A stretch of 64,000 nt of DNA, from positions 31,620,001 through 31,684,000 of the forward strand of contig OZ024743.1 of NCBI GenBank assembly GCA_964016885.1, written 5' to 3'. Below, in pieces: positions 10,328-25,184 of this stretch. Made by a program: the position numbers and the translations under genes. How positions within the stretch are numbered: the stretch's first letter is position 1; every line of letters begins with the position of its first letter. The notes beneath the pieces were generated by a model, which ran no database searches, was not told the origin of the DNA, and saw only the letters and a list, made by a program, of their open reading frames with translations. The stretch comes from Eledone cirrhosa. Taxonomy: Eukaryota.

Positions 10328-13300
10328 TTGCGAGAATGAAAGGAATATACAGGCATGGCTACTATATATAGTAATGGCATTCAATCAGAACAATAACAAC
10401 ACTACTAACAATGCTAGGAATACATTATTTAAAATAATCACAACATCAATCTAAATAAAAAAACATAGTATATATACGGCTTTAGCGTGTAAAACTAGCT
10501 GACATGAGGCATATGTATGAAATTGACATCTAAAAGCTGTCATGGCTGTATTATATATAGTGTAGAGATAAGCCGGTGGCTTTAAACAATGTACCATTTC
10601 CTTTACTGTAGGTTTGGTGACCGTAAGAATTATTTATTATCTGACAGATGAAATATTTATCATTGTAGTGAGGATAGTAATATTTGTGGTGTGAGGTGGG
10701 GTCAATATTTATGTGGTCTATATTAGATGAAGGGATTGTTAGTTCGGATCATGGGGTTATTTAGCTTTCACATCATCAATAACATACATGTATAAGATAA
10801 CATTAACAGAGTAGCAATATAATAGGTAAGTCAATACAGATGTTAAGGAGGCAATACCTATATATATAGATATAAAGAGAAAACATGCTGACTACAATTA
10901 TAACAGGAGGAATGTGATGTTTTACTGTAGTAGTTTTCTAAAATGTTCTTGGATTTAGATTCATTTGTTGAGAGTCAAGGGTGAGGAACTTGTGTTGACA
11001 GCAGGTGAGAAGGGATATATTTATGGGTTGATAAGATACTTGCAGACATTGCTGTGGTATAGAATTAGGAAGGCTAGAATTGTTTTTGTACCTTCATGAA
11101 ACGTCTGGACCAGCATTACTACAGCAGGATATGACTTTACTGTGGGTTAGATGTTGCTTTAGAATGCCATTTCGCGTTGCTTAGAAAGTCAAACCTATTT
11201 TGCACAAATATTTGACTAGCGTGAATAAAAAATATACCTAGTATGAGATTCCTCTAGAAACAAGGAGTCTGTCAAAATATGAACGCAATGTGATAACGAA
11301 ACATTGAACAAACAAATTGTTCATTTCAAATCCCGAAGGAATGTAGAAAAACTTATGTAAAACTAAATGCGAAACAACTTCGGCGACAACATCAAGAGCA
11401 ATATAAAAGGTTATGGGAGGAAATTGGACAACATATGAATGGTTGTGAACAAAGCAGTTAAAAACAAGTGCATAATGCAAATTGTCATTGTGGACCCTGT
11501 AAAGAAAGTGATGAAAACTATTTAATAACTTATTAAATAAATTCGAGACAATGCCACAATGGTTCCCCTATTATACCACATTTTTATTATCCAGGACAAA
11601 AGCAACTACAAATCAAATCCAACAGGTCTGTTACATGTTTTATATCTTGACAAGCATTAATTACACTATTCCCAACAAGGATAAATATTTAACTGGCGAA
11701 TATTTATTACTTACATGGATATGTGGAAAAAGCGACTCTATTGAAAAAACACCTCATAATGTTTGATACAGAAAAGGTTATATTTATCAGGAATACACGT
11801 TTATCGCTTCCATTTCTAACTGGAAAGTTTTTACAAGCTATCTATTGAAGTAATAGAGAATATAATACCTAGGGAAGTAATAGAGAATATAATACAAATA
11901 TATACAAAATATAATTTTCGTTTCTAGCAATCCAATATTTATATACGAGAGTCAGTGTGGTAACATGCAGTTAGTTGTGAGGTAAATAGAGTAAAAGCAA
12001 CAGTAATGGTTAAACGCATAATAACATAGATGTAAGTAAATCTACAAGTTTAGTTGATGACAAGACAATTGCTTCCATGATTAATAGAGGACTAGATGGA
12101 ACAACGCATTTTATAAAGACACCCTCATCATATAAGTTGAATAATAATTTATGATGCTACAAAAAACAATGAAAAGCATATATGATATTTAATAAGATAC
12201 ATTATATCAGCAGCGAAAATATGTAGATTTTTAAGAAATAATTAATTACATTTTGAGAATGTCATTTCCCAAGGCTCTTTGATATCTCTTTATATATTAT
12301 ATTAATATATCATACATTTGGAAAAGAATAAATGGTGGAGTTATTCACAGATTTAATAACAAAGATACTGAACTGAATAGAGAAGAAATTACAAAGTGGA
12401 ATTAAATCCGAGAAAAGGGAAACTGGTTCGAGTTTTGTATTCCTCGTGTTTACCTTTATTTAACTGTATTCATGTTATATCAAAGAATGACTTGTATATA
12501 TTGGAGTAAATAACAAACATTAGTTCTACAATCTTAGGCGTCATATTATTATCCCTTGTGAATATATTTCTCTTGATATGTGTATTGCATCGACATTTAC
12601 AGAGGATATTTTCCTTAACTTGTTGAATAGTGTAATCAGTGCATATTGCTGATTATATGATTATTGACATGAAGCTGGGATATTTTACATATAATACGCA
12701 GAAATGGTCGGATGAGATTGTTACCGCCAGAACATGTATGCCTTTTATATGTGTATAGAAGGAAATCTAGGGGTAGCCTAAGACAAATTCCTAATGGATG
12801 AATGAAGGGAAGGCTTTTATTTCATTTTTAATTAGCATTGATACCATATAACGGAATAGAAACGTTGCAATATACATTCAAAAGTTTTCTCTACGCTCAA
12901 ATTTAGCTGTCTTTCTGGTTGTAAAATTAATAGTAATAATGCTTTGCTTCAGTCAGCTTTTGTTTTTCATCCCGTAAAAGATTTATCCCATGACAATATA
13001 ACAAGGAGACTTGTTTGCATTTAAAGGTATATATTGTAGGAAATGTATATTTATTGACTGTAAAGTTATCTAAATATCTAAATAACTCCATGGGGGAATA
13101 CATACCATAATAGAACAGATCTGGCCGCTCAACATTTTATTATTAAAATCAAATAATGTAGTTACCTTTAATAAAAGCAAACAACAAACTTGAAACAATC
13201 TGCTTCAAACTATGTACAAGTATGTCCATGAAGGACATGTGGTTGTGTTTCCTTGTGCCATGATAGATAAGGTAATGAAGCATAATGCTGTCTATTCCAT

Positions 13301-14240
13301 AGAACATAGAGATTTCAAATATGCCACTTTGCACTATTTCTTTCTTTATATGAAAGTGAGCATAGTATAAAATCTATATCTGCATAATATATTTTGACTA
13401 TAGTGGTTACTACTTTAAAAAGTTAAAATTTCTCAGCGTTTTAGCAATGAACGTTTCCTCAGTTTGTTAAGTATATCAATCAAGAAATTTTACATCATTT
13501 TCAATGTAACACAATATTATTATTATCAAGGTTGGTAATGTTAAGTTGAATCATAACTGAAATAATTCTAGCATAATTTCATATCAAAATATTATAATCA
13601 ATGTTCTGTGCCTCATTCGTTACATCTTCTTAAACATTTATTCTTTGAGCAATAACTGAACATAACTGTACACATTTAATTACGGAAATATATATTACTT
13701 CATACACTACTTTTAGAATAAATGAATTGGCGAAACTTCCTGCATTCCTAACAATATTATGTACGTTCCAGGTCAGAAAGTTAATTAACATTAACGTGCA
13801 GGATTTTATACGAATCGCATTTTAGAAATTATACGAGACGCCACAATGCAGGTTAATTTAAAATTAGGTCTTTTCGTTTAAAAACCTATTCTATGCTGCA
13901 TTTTCCACATTTTTTTATGACTATTATCTAAATATTGAGATATCTCACGTCGCTAGAGATAAATTACATATTTATTAAATAATTTGCCTCCTAGAACGCA
14001 TATTCCTAAGCTAAACGCAAATATTTAAAATATTTACACTCTTGTCCTTTAATAACGCATACAGTCTTTGGATATAAATGCAGTGAAATAGTCGTACGAG
14101 AAATATTTTATCTATGCACCAAGCTATGAATCTCGATCGATCCATCTTGAACATTTGTGTTTTTCAATATAACATGGATTTGATACAATGCATTTGATAC
14201 ATAGTGGATAGTACTGAGATCCTTCAAAAATTGTTACAGT

Positions 14241-14280
<40 letters not shown>

Positions 14281-15382
14281 CGTGCGTGTGTGTGTGAGTG
14301 TGTGTGCCTGTCTGTGTCTGTCTGTCTGTCAGTTTGTGTGAGTGTGTGCGTGTATGTGTGTGTGTGTTAGGTACTCTCTAGTGCAATTTTCTATACAGCA
14401 AATTTTCAATTTTATTTTATATACACATGTAAATATTACTATATATAATCATGTTATAACGTTTTGTTCAATGTTGACTATATTGAATTGTTATGAAGTT
14501 TGGATCATTTGTGTATTGCATATTGATCGACATTTTAAATTATATTTCCTTTTAGTGATGTCTAAATTATGATGAAATATGTATTATGTATATGGTTTCT
14601 TTCGGATGCATCTTTTGATTATAGTTTTTCAAGCTTCCCCTGGTAATATTCTTAGATAATACTTTGCTGTTATTCCGATAGAGAAAAACTATAGAAACAA
14701 TCTACAATTTCAATTCTATTCAAACCCATATTAATCGAAACTTCAAAATCAAACTTAACAGAAAATATAGACCAATTGACAAAGTCAATCATTAGCATTA
14801 ATTGTTTTCCGGAATATTTAAGAAACCATCTCTTCCTTACGACAATCATTAATAACTATCACTGGTTTTCCAACAGTGAGATATTTACAAATGACGTGGT
14901 TGTTAGTTCTGAACAGCTTGCTTGACGAACATTTCTGTAAAAAAAAAACACACATAAACCAGCTTTAAATGGAAGTGAGTTATAAGACTATCATGTAAAA
15001 ATTTCCGTTTGCTTTTTTTGTTATAATTGTCAAAAGAAATTTACATTTAAAAACAAAATTCACAGCATTTAAATATTTATATAAGATCTGACAGTTATCT
15101 TTAAAAAAACCATTTGAATTATCTGTATCATTCTTGAATATACGACTCAGCACTATTTACAGCGGGTTTAGTTAAACCATATATTTTTTCAGCTCATTCT
15201 TCCAGGCAAATTCATAAACTTAAGAGGGACATATGATATCGGTGCTCGTAATAATACATCCATGGGATGATTCTTAGGTCACAGTATGTTTTATGATTTA
15301 GTCAAAGAATGCAAGGGTTTACTGTATTTAGGAATCTCTGTCATCCCTTTTATGAAGTTAAATCTTATAGGATTTAGTAATA

Positions 15383-16486
15383 TAAGTAATGTTGGAGTAG
15401 AAGTTTGATAGTGTCTGGAAGATGACTTAGTAATGTAGGAGTAGAAGTGTGATAGTTTCTGGAAAATGACTTAGTAATGTTGGAGTTTAAGTGTGATAGT
15501 ATCTGGAAGATGACTTAGTAATGTTGGAGTAGGGGTGTGATAGTGTCTGGAAGATGACTTAATAACATTGGAGTAGAAGTGTGATAGTGGCTGGAAGATG
15601 ACTTAGTAATGTTGGAGTAGAAGAGTGATAGTGACTGGAAGATGACTTAGTAATGTTGGAGTAGAAGTGTGATAGTGGCTGGAAGATGACTCAGTAATGT
15701 TGGACCATAGGTATGATAGTGGCTGGAAGATGACTTAGTAATGTTGGAGTAGAGGTGTGATAGTGGCTGGAAGATGACTTAGTAATGTTGGACCAGAGGT
15801 ATGATAGTGTCTGGAAGATGACTTAGTAATGTTGGACCAGAGGTATGATAGTGTCTGGAAGATGACTTAGTAATGTTGGACCAGAAGTGTGATAGTGTCT
15901 GGAAGATGACTTAGTAATGTTGGACCAGAGGTGTGATAGTGTCTGGAAGATGACTTAGTAATGTTGGACCAGAGGTATGATAGTGTCTGGAAGATGACTT
16001 AGTAATGTTGGACCAGAGGTGTGATAGTGTCTGGAAGATGACTTAGTAATGTTGGACCAGAGGTGTGATAGTGTCTGGAAGATGACTTAGTAATGTTGGA
16101 CCAGAGGTATGATAGTCTGGAAGATGACTTAGTAATGTTGGACCAGAGGTGTGATAGTGTCTGGAAGATGACTTGGTAATGTTGGAGTAGAAGTGTGATA
16201 GTGTCTGGAAGATGACTTAGCAATGTTGGAGTATAGGTGTGATAGTGTCTGGAAGATGACTTAGTAATGTTGGACCAGAGGTGTGATAGTGTCTGGAAGA
16301 TGACTTAGTAATGTTGGACCAGAGGTATGATAGTCTGGAAGATGACTTAGTAATGTTGGACCAGAGGTGTGATAGTGGCTGGAGGATGACTTAGTAATGT
16401 TGGACCAGAGGTATGATAGTGTCTGGAAGATGACTTACGTAATGTTGGAGTAGAGGTGTGATAGTGGCTGGAAGATGACTTACGTA
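15383..16486. repeat. 44-bp minisatellite, about 25 copies
   Basis: Unit ttagtaatgttggaccagaggtgtgatagtgtctggaagatgac repeated head-to-tail with no unique spacers. Confidence 0.97.
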
Positions 16487-16692
16487 TGGAACTCTGACTA
16501 TTTTGTGGTGTTTTGGATGGGTCGATCACGTCTAATTTAAAACGTGTTGGTGAGATGAAGTAGCATTTCTAAATATGTTAATCTGTGCTCCACATATGCT
16601 CTGCAATGTAACAGGTTATTTACTAGCCAACAATTTGTAAACTCTTTCTTAAGATTAAGTTCGGTATATTGTGTATTAATAAAAAACAGATA

Positions 16693-16850
16693 GAGGCGGA
16701 AATTCGGCTGAGTTGTACGAACGTCGGATAAAACGCTTTGTGGTAATCGTTCTTTCTCTCTGCACTCTGAGTTTAAATCCGGCCAAGATCAACGTCGCTT
16801 TTCTCGTGTGATAATTGATACAACATTACCAGTGCATTACTAAGATTGAT
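16693..16850 (+). mobile_element. Degraded family A SINE
   Basis: ctctgagtttaaatccggcc...ttaccagtgcattact resembles the SINE consensus. Confidence 0.6.
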
Positions 16851-19800
16851 TCTTCCTTTATATGTCTGTCTTACTTTCTATCACTCAATCTCTCGTTTTC
16901 TTGAATAATTCGTCTGTGTTCAAATTTGGAGAGAATTTGGACCTTGTCAGGTGTTTAAAATGCCCAAGACCCACTGTATAACAATACATCTCCTGTAATA
17001 CGTTAAAGGAGATACAGGAACCCAGAAAAATAATTTAATAAATTTGTAGGCCTTGTTGGTGTCAATAGGCATTAGATTGTTACGTGTGGGAGATTTTCTT
17101 TGTGAAAACCACTGTATTTTTGTGACTTTTTTGTGAAAAACATGGTGGCTGGAGTGTAGTAGACTGAGATAGTATAGATTGATGGTAAGTTGTAAATTTA
17201 GTACTGATAAGAAATAATAGCCCATGTCAAATGTATGGAATCATGGATATGTCTTGATTAGAATCGGTATCTGTCTGAACTTGATAATTTCATAGTACTG
17301 TCACGGGTAGTTGTGGATGCTGATGCATACAGATATACCATCAGTCACTACTTGTTTTTATCTGTAGGTGTGTGATCTTAAGCAAACATTTAAGCGTTGA
17401 AGAGAAGTTGCATTGGATCAAATCCATTTTCTCTAGTATAATTTTGTCATGAGACTCTAACAAACATTCACTATGTATGTTTTTTATTTCGCAACAAAAC
17501 TGCATTCGCGTGAGTTCTTGTTCAGGAATTGTCTTTCATACAATTTTATGAAAGTTTCAACAATTGAGAATTTTTATTAGGTTTAGTAGAAAACACCTAT
17601 AGAATATTACTTAACGATATCTATTTTATGTTTTACTGTTAATCAGATCGGAAGTTCAATATGGTCATTAAATTCACTTACCCTCTACACAAATAAGGTA
17701 ATAGATATTGTGCTGTTATATTTTTAATGTTTTCTAGGAAGTACAGAACAAGAAATCACAGAAAATGAACATACGCTATGACGCCGGAAGACTAATGTTC
17801 TAATATTATACACTTACTTGAAGTTGAATGTGAAGATAAATTCTACGCCAAAGCAAACGAATCTAATGATGTGTGTTAGTGGTGAGTTCAATAGGGAAAG
17901 TTAATAAAAACCTTGTTATGAAACTACGAGGAATATGTGTAATTTTATTAGTTTTCTAATAACCCGAGGTGTAAAAGGAAGACGAAATAAATAACAGCTC
18001 GCTTGAACATTTAGTTTTTCAGTAGATGAAATTAAAACAGTGGAAGAGCCCACTGTGACTAAATATACATAACCGATTACATACATGCGTGACTACTGAC
18101 ATATTACTATTTACAGCTTCAAGGTGTACACAAGACAACTTCACGGCTGTCGACATATTGAAGTTTGTAGCTTCAAAGTGTGCATATAAGAGTAGAATAA
18201 GATAAGAGATCGTATTTTCTATCACTTTTTGCTGTTTTACTCGTATGTTCTGTTTTGTTTTTACAACTCTCCATTGGCTGATTCTTCTGAAAATAGATAC
18301 GGCACAGAATGATTGTTTTATTTTCTAATAACACTTTTTTAAATTTACTTCTCATGTGTTATATTGCTTTTCTTTCAATGATTTTAGTTTCTTATTTTAT
18401 TTGTTTTCTTTATTTCTTCTGATGGAAATAATATTTTCTGTCGCGCATACGTTTTATATTTGGTCAGGTCTCAGTACAGAAATAAAAATTTCAGACTACA
18501 CTCTATCACCATCACCATCATCACCATCATTATCACTATCTTCGTCGTCCTCACATTTGTATCCTTATATTGATGATCATCATCAACAGAAACTTAATTA
18601 TTACCAGTATCATCATCACCGTCATTTTTTCCATTCACCATAACACTGTTGCCACTTCTGAACTTGTTTATAATATCTCAATTCAAATGTTATTATTTTT
18701 CTTTTCCTCTAATGAAAATATGTCTAGTGTTGCAGTAGCTGCTATGTTATTTAAAACCTACTCCATCACCCAATTAGTTATCACCAGTAAAACGACTAAA
18801 TTAATAATTAATATTAATAATTATTCCCTTTATTATTTAAAGGTATCCTACACATTGGGGAAAATTTGGGGGCGAAATACATTACGAAAACAAGAATAAT
18901 TGGGAGATTTAGTTTAACAGAAACTTTGAATAAAAAAATATGGAAAAACATAACATAATCGAAAATAAAAGTTTTAAAAGCAGAGCAGGCTTATCATGAG
19001 TCGGAATATTTCCTATACAATGCGGGATTGAAGCGCCAATGAAACGTAATTGCCTTCTACCTGTTCCTGGCACATAGTCGTGACTCATATTGATATGTTC
19101 TGCTTCTCACCGTCAGTTGTTTGTCATAACACATTCTTCTCAACTTCTCGTTTTGCAAGAAATGATACATGAAAAATTTGGTGAGCACTTGGTGTGAGAG
19201 GGACAATCTTTCCATGAAGCCTTTCAATTGTGTCCATCAGTAAAATACTTTTGCTCTTCCTTGCCTATACACTGGTAGAGTAGGATGTCACACCACCTGA
19301 TAACTAATGTTTGACATAGACCAGCTAAATAACGACCCACAGATCACGAAGCCGTGTATACCGCATGGTTCCAGATTCTGCGTACATTAGGGTCGTGGCG
19401 ATTCCAGTACGACGCATAATATTTTCCGAGCATGTGTACGTTTAGTAATGCCAAATCAAAGGTATCTTCTATAATCCAGTGTCTGAAGGAAATCTCCATC
19501 TGACATTACTCTGCCTTTACCATCCTTTTACCTTCCTCTCTCTTTATACGATATGCTTTTCGTTGTATTGCTACCTCGGTAAGAAGGAATACTTCTGAGC
19601 ATGTCTGTATTTGATGGTCACAACGTCATGTGAAATACATGCAGCAGCTTCAACCAGTACTGAGAAAAGCAACCTGAAAAGCAGTAAGCTGTCCTGCGGA
19701 CTGGATATTCGGTATGTGGATAATCTCACATACTAGTAAAGAATCTGTCACTAATGCAAAGCAGATCAATTTAGATAGACACAGTAATCTGGTACATGGA

Positions 19801-20999
19801 GACGGAATAATACATACAATGCAACTAATGTTTTTATATTAGTATATATTACCGAAATATTGCCAAGCTCTTCTCATACTACCCATCGCATCGTGCTACG
19901 TAATTCGTATTGACTCGTACACAACCACAGTAACTTAACCGATTCTTTATATATAGCAGTTAAATTCACCGTAAATCTCAACGTGCCATTAGGCAATGTA
20001 TTTTTATATAAATGTAAAACATGTAATAAACGGTTAGAAATCTGCGCATAAAAGAGTGTGTATATCATTGCTACTATAAAAGTAAATCATGAGTTAATAA
20101 CTGTTCTATCATTTTTTCCCGTTATATTCAAGTAAGGAATAGTTTAAAGAAATATATGTATGAGTGAACATAGTGTTTTAATGGACATTAATACTATATT
20201 AATGTTTGACTTACATCTTTGGAGTTCCTTTTTATCTTCATGTTACCTTATCCTATACGCTTCACTAAATATGAATAAAAACATGACTATGGTATCTTAG
20301 TTTATCAGTGATTGCAGATTTAACACCAAAACAGAGATCGTGCGATTGATAAAGATGGCATTTATTATACGGGGTCTAACTTATTGTATACAGAATTGTC
20401 GTAGAACTTGTATTGGTTATGTATGAATAAATGATATTTAGTTGTTAAAATAAAATCCTGAACTATGCATACAAAGGTTAATTTTTATAGTCATCAGGGT
20501 CGACATAACATTTATGTGTAAATGATGTTTTTACTGTATATAGTCATGCGGGGTGTTAATCCCCTATATAGTCTCTCGCCGTATTGTCTTAAAATTAAAC
20601 GCATTGAATAATCTATGGAACAAAATACTTAAAGTTAAAAGGGGTTGGCCATGATTGGGATCATCCTTTCGAATTATCACAATTGCTAACAGTTATGAGG
20701 CTCTGCAAATGGCTATGACACATTCCCCCGTAAACTATTGATGCCAGAATAGCGTCAAACATGGATATATATAGCAACCTATTAATTCAAATGTAATACA
20801 TGCTATACTCAGTTTAATCCGAACAGAGGTTTGCATATAGCTCACAATATAATTTCTACTAAAAAATAAATCAATGTATTTATAACACTTTTTATGTTTA
20901 TATATATCCCAGTCATATTTGTATTGAGAGAAGTGTTGTAAGTTGAGAAAACAAATAGACTGGTCGTTGAAATGATGTAAACTATTTAGTTTTGACAAA

Positions 21000-21205
21000 G
21001 AGCTTGCCGGCACAATCGTTAAGGTATCCCACAAAATATCTTCCGGTATTGAATTACGCCCCTTTACATTCTGAACTCAAATCCCGTACTAATTGACCTT
21101 CCTCTCCACCCTGTCAGTGTAAATGAAGAAATATACACATTGATCGATTAAATCCACTATATATTTTCTCTGTGAATGCGTGACCCTTTGTCAATATTAG
21201 AAATC
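21000..21205 (+). mobile_element. Degraded family A SINE
   Basis: acgcccctttacattctgaactcaaatcccg ... tail caatattagaaatcaat. Confidence 0.55.
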
Positions 21206-22290
21206 AATAATTACTTTAGTCCTCCTCGCTCCAAGTTCATTTTCTCAGAAATTGATTCAGCGTTTACCACTACATGACTGATAAGATATATACCAGTAAT
21301 ATAATAAAAATATACTCATATGCCACAACACTTCATTCGTATATACACTATGAAGAACGTACACTGGTGAACAATTATATTTCTGTGCATGCGTCTGCGT
21401 AGTGTTCTATATTTGGCAAATATAAATGATGCTGAATTAAATAACCGCAGTAGGAAATAAACCGGAGTTCGGGTCTTCTACATGTCATTTTCATACATAT
21501 GTATACATACATAGAAACGAACGTGCAGGCACATATACTTCCAGAGGAAGGCGGTATTTCTGATAGTAGATACATATCTTTCCTAATATGCACCATTTCA
21601 TGATATATACATACATATATACATAGATACTAATAGGTGCACGAAATTATCACGAGGACCTTTTCGCATGCCTAATACTGCAACAAGGTCCACACGTCTT
21701 ACTCAGTCCAAACTATGGCTAATTCAGTGGCAATGTATTTCTGTATGGAAATAGTAATTCTTGGGTTATCAACAAAAGCTTAATATGAACAGCGACCTAA
21801 CCATCAATGTTTTTAATAGACCACACAAATTAAATTTATAGTAACACACTCACACACACACGAACAACACTTGCATATACAAACACACACACACATGCAC
21901 ATATAAGCAAATGCAACGACTGGCTTCGTCAAACATTTAGGAGTACCAATTCGCGTTCGTTTGTTTTGGAATTACGAAGTAATTTTTCATGAGAGAGAAA
22001 GAGTAAGTAAGTGAGTGAGTGAGTGAGAGAGAGAGACGAATGAAAGAAGTAGCTCTCTTACTCATTTTCTGCCATCACACATACAGACATAAATTCACAC
22101 AAATACACACAGACATTTATACAAGCACATACATACATTCACAAAAACACTCAGACACACATTCACTCACGCAGGGCGAGGCAAAGGTTCGAAGTCTGTT
22201 GGCTCTGTTGGCTGTTTTGCCGTAGTTTTATCACCATCCCCCTTCGTCTCATTTACACACACATACATCCACACACATACTCACACAGAG

Positions 22291-23236
22291 TATGAAATAG
22301 TTCAAAGAAAGAAGTATTTCTGAGTCGTGTAATACAAGTTAATATAAATTAATATATATGATAAAACACAAATACCAACATATAAGTGTTTGTATTGTAA
22401 ATGACTAAGTTAGCTAGATTGAAAAATACTAATTATAATAATACAGTTTGCCTGTTATGATTTAAAATAATAAATCAATAAAAACAAACGATATTGGCAA
22501 ATGGCCGTGGTACTTAGACAAATTTAAATTTCAAAATCAAACCTGTTCCGTAGATAAGTTTAAACTTCAAAATCCAAATAAGTTTCGAGATGAAAGAATG
22601 AAAAAATACCCGTTCGGCTCTCCTCAGTAAGTACCCTGAACAATTGGTATGTATATTTCATTGTAAAGGACTGCTTGAGTTTAGAACTCATTATTCTTAG
22701 TATCAGTGCTCCTTATGTAGAGCTAACTTTAGCCCCATATAAACGGCTGTTATTTCTAGCAGAACGAGTATGCGGCAGCTAGAAACTGGAAAACCATGTG
22801 CGTTAAACAGTCTTTTTAAATATTTTGAAGTGAAACATACCAATTGTTCAGGGTACCTACTGACGAGAGCTGAACGGGTGTATTTTTTCACTTTTTCATC
22901 TGGAAACTTATTTGGATTTTGAAGTTTAAACTTATCTACGGAACAGGTTTGATTTTGAAATTTAAATTTGTCTAAGTACCACGGCCATTTGCCAATATCG
23001 TTTGTTTTTATTGATTTATTATTTTAAATCGAGACAGGCAAACTGTATTATTATAATTAGTATTTTTCAATCTAGCTAACTTAGTCATTTACAATACAAA
23101 CACTTATATGTTGGTATTTGTGTTTTATCATATATATTAATTTATATTAACTTGTATTACACGGCTCAGAAATACTTCTTTTCTTTGAGCTATTTCATTA
23201 TAAAGGACTGCTTGAGTTTAGAACTCATTATTCTTA

Positions 23237-23240
<4 letters not shown>
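22291..23240. repeat. Long inverted repeat (about 370-bp arms at 22291-22660 and 22831-23198) with an about 38-bp direct repeat at 22665-22702 and 23201-23240
   Basis: Arms are near-identical reverse complements. aaaggactgcttgagtttagaactcattattcttagtat occurs twice in direct orientation. Confidence 0.93.
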
Positions 23241-23287
<47 letters not shown>

Positions 23288-23602
23288 TCCATATCTACGT
23301 ATGGGTTATATCGAGCATTAATGATATTGTAAACAATTGGCAGGATTTGAAGATGTGCCGTACCGGTGACCGTTCGTTGCCTGTTTGTTCAATAATGGCT
23401 TTGAGGAACAATCAACATTTTTCTGGATCATTACCCTTCCTCTAAATATATAGTATTTTCTGAAGTACACATCGGCTGAGTAGCCTCATTTGTATACCGA
23501 GTGAGTTACGCCTGGATTTGCCAAATATTAAAATAACATTGTAATGTTATTTCTCGCCCTAGCACAACTGATACATAAATGTAAGTGTACACACGTACAC
23601 AG

Positions 23603-23689
<87 letters not shown>

Positions 23690-24743
23690 CACATATATAC
23701 ATATATATGTCTGTATGGGTCATGTTGAACATTAATAATATATATATGGGATGGTGTTTTGTAAAAAAAATATTGTTACCGTAGGAGTAATATATTTGTC
23801 GATATGTTTTCCACCGAAGAATAAACAGTTTACGTATTCTAAGTTGTTCATGAAATCCCAGTACCGGATTCTAAGTGACGTGGTCATCGTTATATGGTCT
23901 ATGAATATATATATATATAAGACCGAACTTTTTACAATCCTGTATACTTACATCCTCTCCTGAACTTTATTAATGATCCTTCAGACATAATTAATAATCC
24001 GAAATAACATAAGGTCCAGTTGTTTGTATATGACAGCAAATGAAAAGGCATCCATTCGTATTCTGTGGCATTTTCGTAGAAGGGAACCACAATGTCATCT
24101 TAGTAATCTAATTTCTAACTAAAATATGTAATGTAAAATCATTCATCTTTCATAACAGCTGTTATACTGTTGGTTGAAATATGTTATGACCCTCAAACCG
24201 TATGAAGTTAAATGCATTGTGCAATACAAATTGCCTTAGTAATGACCAGTTGTGCCAGCAGTCACAAACGTTTGCCATGGGAAAGATTTGATTGACTTAA
24301 AAAGTTTCGATAATAATTCTAATGTAAGTCAATTTCTTTACAGATGTTCTCGTGTCATTGAAATTTTAAATATTCATTCTAAAGATACTTGCAGCTTAAT
24401 TGTCCTCAACCATTTGAATTATAAGAAATAAGAGGCTATTTTCAACCACAAGAAGTACGGGACCATATATGTTTGAATTGATAGAATTAATTTCAATTAT
24501 ATTTCATAGTCATATTGCAAAATCGTTGTAACGATAGCTGTCGCGATTAACTTGCACGAAAAGCAAGGAAATATTTGTTAATAATAGGTGTGTAATAATT
24601 AGAACTTAGCAACGACGCTACATATCTACAGGAAAACTGGATTTTCTTCTGGAAATAGTTAAATTCATAAGATTAATAGCGATTAATTGCAATTGCCGGT
24701 AACAGATACCGTGAATATTAGTAGTGAGATCGGTATCTGTTTA

Positions 24744-24938
24744 AGGGCGGTGGATTTGCAGTATCAGTAGAGGGTCGGAGGCCATGCTTTGCAGCATAGA
24801 GTTCCATCCCTTTACGCTCTGAGTTCAAATCCCGCCGAGGTTAACTTTGCTTTTCACCCTTACGGGGTCGATAAAATAAATAACCACTAATGCATTGGGA
24901 TAATTGCTGGCACTGTGCCAAAAGTAGAAAAAATTATT
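24744..24938 (+). mobile_element. Full-length family A SINE
   Basis: Head agggcggtggatttgcagtatc, B-box gagttcaaatccc, conserved core and tail. Confidence 0.9.
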
Positions 24939-25184
24939 AGTACGATCGAATCCATTAACATTACATGAGACTAATCAAGATGTAAGTGTTCGTAACGAAT
25001 TTTTATTTATTAAACATCCTTGATATCAATACTAATAAATGTGGTGTTGATGATCTAATAAGTTTATTAAGTCATATGCAATTGACTTAATTCGTGCGTT
25101 AGATAGATTAAATTTGGATTACTTTAACATTTTGTATTAGATTCTGGTTGCCTTAAACATGTATAATTCACAAACAATTCTTCA

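Noticed and set aside
15383-16486. CRISPR array
   Set aside because: Units are contiguous with no unique spacers, there are no cas genes, and the context is eukaryotic.
19000-19800. Possible host exon in relatively GC-rich unique sequence
   Set aside because: No sustained ORF or recognisable motif. More likely an old unclassified repeat.
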